Assembly: GCA_964016885.1 (NCBI GenBank)
Contig: OZ024746.1
Location: forward strand, 87,172,001 to 87,236,000
Length of the DNA: 64,000 nucleotides
Direction: 5' to 3'
Source: Eledone cirrhosa
Lineage: Eukaryota
Below the pieces are notes generated by a model that did no database searches, was not told the origin of the DNA, and was given only the letters and a program-made list of their open reading frames with translations. Positions 58,221 to 64,000 of the stretch are shown piece after piece. Made by a program: the position numbers and the translations under genes. Within the stretch, counting starts at the first letter, position 1, and the number at the start of each line of letters is the position of its first letter.

Positions 58221-60702
58221 ATGAAATTGCAGCCCCAGGAAGTTATTGAATGTTAGGAAAGATTTAATGATAGATAAAAGCTCGAGTTAAGTGACAATGT
58301 TCTTACGTGGTTTCTGTTGGGCAGAATTGAAGCATTCTCTTAGTTAAAGGTGAATGATTTGAATAATTTGCAGCCTCAGTCAATTCATTTATAACAACTG
58401 AGTGTCATCATGAACATATTAGAATTAAAATTGAAATTTCACTGCTTTAAACATTTGTATCATAACGCACACTAAACGTAGAACTCCCCCTCTCTCCCAG
58501 TCTCCCCGTAGTATGTACACTCTAGAAAATGGACACATATACATATATATATATGATCATGATTTCCTACGAATGAAGCAATTCTAGTCCTGTAACGATC
58601 TCTATCTGCTCTATATTTTTATCTCACTTTCTCTCCCACAATTTCTATCCTTTTGGGGAAGAATTATGCTGCATTCAGACCTAGAGAGAGATTGGTGCCA
58701 CTAAGACATTTTCCAATAAGAGATGGGAAACTAAATCTTAGAACGATTCATATGGAACGTCGAGGTTAATTATTTAAATGAATAATAACATTTTGTTGAT
58801 TGATTGTATAAATGAGTGGGACATGCCATTACGTCGTCTCAGCTGTCTTGATCTTAGATCGTCATTAGGGTTGGTTCTCTTGGTTGTGTTCGTTGAATAT
58901 CTTTCCTTTACATGAATTTATTATAACCTCCTTTAAACGACGCAATAGTTGCACAAAAACATTGTTTGCTGGCTTGCTATATGTGGGCAAATTTACGAAA
59001 CGTTTGATCGATTATGCTAGGTTTGATATTTAATTTCATAATTAATTTTACGATCAATGATTTTGGAGTATTTTGTCTCTTAAAAGTGCCTGCGTGAGAA
59101 TGTTGGTCTTGATAATATTGGATTAGCGAACATTAATTGTTAGGTTGCACCAGAAGCTTGCAACGATTCAGAGAATGGTAAGGTTAGGTGGCTGTATATT
59201 TTCATAAACCATTTCTAATCCTCCTATCACTCACATTTCAGTTTGATAGTGTTTGCTCTGTCAATGTCTAAGATGCTTTTGTTAACACGGTTCACCAGAC
59301 AGCTTAATTTATGAACCACTGAATTAGTGAAGAACTTTCTTTTGCTATTTCCACCCACATTATATGTCAATCGATTTGTAGTTCAATCTTCATTAAGTGA
59401 TTATTTCTTAGAGTATATGTATATTAGCTTCTTCTCCTCATGTAGAGTTCCTTAGACACCAGAAATTCTTAGATGAATTTTTCATGCAACATAATGAACG
59501 TGGCCATATAAATCATATCATGAATCAGTGGTCATCGAAGTTGAATTCATATAGATTCTAGCCGTTCCCTATTGTTGATACAACTGAAATAATAAAACAT
59601 TCGTTTATTTCAGATGAAATGATATATATATATATATATGTTAGTCTCTTCAGCTTTTTGGGGTGATTAGAGAAAATGGAAACATCTTATCGTCATATTT
59701 TCGGTAACCTCACTACCGTAGCCATAATTTACATATATTCCCGTGTTCATCTCCGAATAAAACCCATATACCTATCCATACGAGATCCATATCTAAAATG
59801 ATATGTGAAATTTAGAACATATGTTAGATTATGAATACATGTATTGGTGTAGCAGAAAAGATTGAATGCTGTAAATGTATTCGGCATTACGTTTTACATT
59901 CTGAATGTGATTTTTTGTTTCTTCTTATTAATTGCAATATAAACATATATAATGCATGCTCAAGTAGATCCAGTTCACCGCTTCCATTCACCCATGCGTA
60001 TATATGACAATGCATTAATAGGTAAACATCAATATAAATAATCCAGGTTTATTGAGACAATAAAATAACGAGAATTAGTGTGTCGATTATTTGATTTCAT
60101 CTTATTTTGTGGGGGCATATTTTTGAAAACTGAAATCAATATATATTTTGGGTCATGCCTATACTATGAGGAATTCGATAGAAATACCATAAACAATTTT
60201 GTTTTATTTACCGTTTACTAGTTCCACTGAGTGATCTGCGGCCAAGCTGGGATAACGTTTGAAACAGGATCAGTCGATTATATCTCTTATAAATATTTTC
60301 TTTATTTTCTCTATTAATCGAAACAGAAAGGTATATTTTTGACACTAAAAAGACAAAACACAACAATCCAACTTTCAACAATAAGCATAATCAAATATAC
60401 ACAAACTGACAAGCACATAATCTTCTAAACATGCCTGTCTTATGTACAGTTTGCACCGAAAAAAAAAACATCACGAGATATGTCTATCCACGACTTCAAT
60501 ATCAAACCATAGACCGTTCTTTACAATGAAATGTAAGCCGAGTCTCTGATTGCCAAATAGGTGAATACATGGCTTAGAGTTCCCCTTAATGTAGATAGCA
60601 TATTCAATATTCCGATTTAACTATCCCAGAGAATCGCGCAGGAATTACGGCTAGTAAATATGCATATAAACAAACACACGGGCATCATGTTTCTATGAAT
60701 AC

Positions 60703-60888
60703 GGTGGATTGGAAGTATCGGTAGAGGGTCGGGCACTGTGCTTTGACGCATAATGTTACGGCCCTTGCCATTCTGAGTTCAAATTCCGCCGAGGTTAACA
60801 CCCCCTTGCATCCTCACGGCGTCGATAAAATAAAGTACCAGTAATGCACTGGGTAATTGCTAGCCTTGTACCAAAAGTAGATACAATT
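60703..60888 (+). mobile_element. tRNA-derived SINE with a 16-bp TSD
   Basis: TSD atgttt(c/a)tatgaatac at 60687-60702 and 60889-60904; B box gagttcaaattcc. Confidence 0.88.
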
Positions 60889-63019
60889 ATGTTTATATGA
60901 ATACATTTAATGCGATAGTTTGGCAGAATACAAGATTAAATGTTTTGTAATACCCATGTGGAGAGTTCGAGCTTGAAATAGGCGCACAGTATAATGTGGT
61001 AAGGAGTTAACGTCGTATTCAGAGGGTTAGGCTTTCGATAAAATACATGCGAAACGTCCGGCGAGATTGAGTTTTCTACATGATCAGACAAAGCTGTGTA
61101 GATTTTATATGCAAATTTCATATTTTGTTCTACTTTCACATATATATGAATGGCATACTAAAAATGTAACAGAATTTAATGCATTTCGTATAAAGCATAT
61201 TCAGAACCTTTTTCATTATTTAAGATCTAAGTGAAGGGGCCTCCTTATGATATTCATCTATTTTGATTTTGATGACGTTTAATTAACAGTTAACAAGTCA
61301 GTTTTTCACACATTTATTCATCAATATAACAATAATGTTAGATATCACACTTTGACTTTGGAGATGCTCTTACACTTTCAAAATATAGCAAAATATTAAA
61401 TAATCAATTAAAATAAGGTTAAGTTTGAAATGCCAAGTAATGAATGGAATTCAATATTGATATATTTTACGGGGTGGTATAATGAATAAAAATGCTAGAT
61501 ATAGAATATTATGATGTGCTATAAATATATCAATAAGGAAAATATAACCAACGAAAGTGAAATACAAACTTCCATATAAAGTACATACACACAAAGACAA
61601 AGAACATCGTTAAGGTAAAGTGCGATATTAGAAATAACAGGCGACCTAATTCTAAATCATATTTTATCGGCTTGAAAATATAATTAGATAATATTGTCCA
61701 TGAAAAAAGAATACACAGCGAAAATGGTCACGGATGAAATGACTTCAGATCATTGGTCCATTTATTCAGAGCTCACCATTTACTCAGAGTTAGCCATTAA
61801 TTCAGAGCTCGCCTGCTTTAAATAGTGATTTGTAAGGAGGTGGGCCTGCTTGTGTATCTCATAGCACAATTCTTATCACCTAAAACACCAGGAACTTTGC
61901 ATATTTAAATATTTCAGCATCCTGATATTATATTAATTAATGAAAGAAATATTAACGTGGTTAACCCCAACCTTTCATTTTGATATATATGGACCGATAT
62001 CCCAGGAGTGACCAATGAGATCCTTGATATTCAAATCAAATTACCGATTCACCACCTCTTTTAGCTTCCTCGTTATACTTTAGTAACGACTAAGAGGCAA
62101 CCAGGGATGTATATCATTGAATGGTTACAATAACGGGAACAGCACATGCTCACATTAAATGTGTCTTTGAGTTATGTTTCTCACTCAAATTCGAGAATGT
62201 TTACTGCAATAATATTTTTCTTATACAAGTTGTCCATAACGTCAAATTTAATAGAAACGTGCTAGACCGATGTGAGGGTACAATAAATGACACATATGGA
62301 TTGTGCCAAATGGGATCGAACACGGAATATTGTTATTAGAAATCAAACTTCTATGATTTGTAAATATGTCGTTTCGTGTGGATAAAAAATCATGATATAT
62401 GCACGATTTCTGTCAATAATGTGTACAAATTGAGCTACAATTACCCATAACCTTTGCATACTTTTAGTTATTTATTTACCTTACATATATAGAATTGTAT
62501 ATAAACGCAAAGAAATCTATAACGAAATAGCTAAATATATTCAAATATTTAACAAACTGTCTGAGCAAACAAACTTTCTGAGAAAACTGAAGTTGAGAAG
62601 AAAAAGAAACAAAGCTGATAACATAATCCTCACATATGCAAAATAACGTGCAAATATAAAATGCAGCTGTGTTGTATACAGATGTTTATTTGTAAACGGT
62701 AGAGTAAATGCCAGTTAAGTATGCTTACATTCTTTTTTAATGTTTCTGTGACATACACTTTTAAAACTTATAGATATCTAACATTAAGTACTTGACAATA
62801 AATGGAAGTTGACACAGAAAAGGTTATATGTCAATGTACAATGAGGAGGCGTTTTCACATTCCTTTACTATTTTGAAATTAATTTATCTTTGTATGTAAC
62901 ATTAGGATTTGTGACATACATTCTAACAGTGTTTATGGGGCAAAGGTCCCAAGATCCACCATTGCAATCACAATAATTTTCATTTATTACGCATTTCAAT
63001 AAATGAAAATTTAGCAAAA

Positions 63020-63238
63020 CCAACATGCAGGAGACCCAGAAGAACACCCTGAACAACATGGTAGGATAACATCCACAAACCTGGCTGAGCTCGCTTGGTG
63101 ATCTATATGGATCAGTTGGATCCGCTGGATGGAGTGCTTGAGGACTCAGCCCCCACGGCCCTCTCAGGAATAAGTGGGCGACGTGGTAATCTGTCTACTA
63201 CACCTTCTTATCATTGGACGAAGAAGAAGAAGAAGAAG
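63020..63238 (+). mobile_element. 3' end of a LINE (RTE-like) with a (GAA)n tail
   Basis: RRPRRT..TW-DNI-like remnant followed by a short UTR and gaagaagaag... Confidence 0.5.
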
Positions 63239-64000
63239 CACAATGCTCTTAAGAAAGCGATATACTTCCGAAAACCACTTTGCTTTTCAGACTTATGCTA
63301 CATTGATGCCTCCGATAATTATTAGTCATATTATTGAATTAGTCCATTTATAATTTTGTCCACAAGTATTATAAAACACATTTATTATTACTCTGATATG
63401 TAGTTTAGCTGATATCCACAATGGATCGTTGCTCAGTCAATCGGAGGGAAACGTCACTCAGGTGATCATTGATAAAGTAGCCCCATGACTAGATCGTGCC
63501 TGTGGCTCATAACTTGTATTTAATTCACGAATCATATCTAGGATTATATCATCGATGGCGCAGTTTTTATTTTAAAATTATAATTTTTTTTCGGAGTGGG
63601 AGGTTATTTTACTGCTACATTTGCAGTTCAGACTTCAAGTAAGTATATCTTTTAGTTCGATTCGTTATTAAAAATCCGAATCATTTCGAAAGTTAATGAA
63701 TCGGTGATGTTCAGTGATATATTAGTCAAAATACATAAAACAGCTCAGTTTATCTACCTGTAAATATGTATTTGAATGAATGGTAATAAAGCTGTACAAA
63801 GAGCAATATTGGTATCAACACAGCCCTTTGGTTTTCAAGGGAGGGTTTGAATTAGAAATAAACATTATATTGAGGGAACACAAAGAAATCAAGAACAAAA
63901 GAAAAACAATTCGTTCCGAATTATAACATGGTATATAATTTTTAATGTTGATCGATAGAGGTCAGCTCATGTCAAACCAGCCTATGATTAAAGTAGTTAT

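Overview
This is AT-rich eukaryotic DNA packed with (TA)n/(CA)n/(GA)n microsatellites and decayed transposons; I found no host protein-coding exon. A recurrent tRNA-derived SINE resembles the common octopod SINE, so the source is probably a cephalopod (inference). Recognisable elements: two mariner remnants and a mariner MITE, an RTE LINE, Dong/R4 and CRE fragments, three Penelope-like elements (PLEs) and an internally deleted Helitron. The main hidden signal is RNA structure. About 28 type I hammerhead-ribozyme (HHR) motifs from roughly 13 families, read by eye, occur in PLE pseudo-LTRs, solo elements and two non-coding tandem arrays. One array has a ~593-bp unit with a U3-A8 core variant and an expanded stem II; the other has a ~430-bp unit with a U.U mismatch at the base of stem II. 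Both look like non-LTR retrozymes, i.e. candidate self-cleaving, circularising RNAs mobilised by PLEs. Most short ORFs in the supplied track are microsatellite artefacts.
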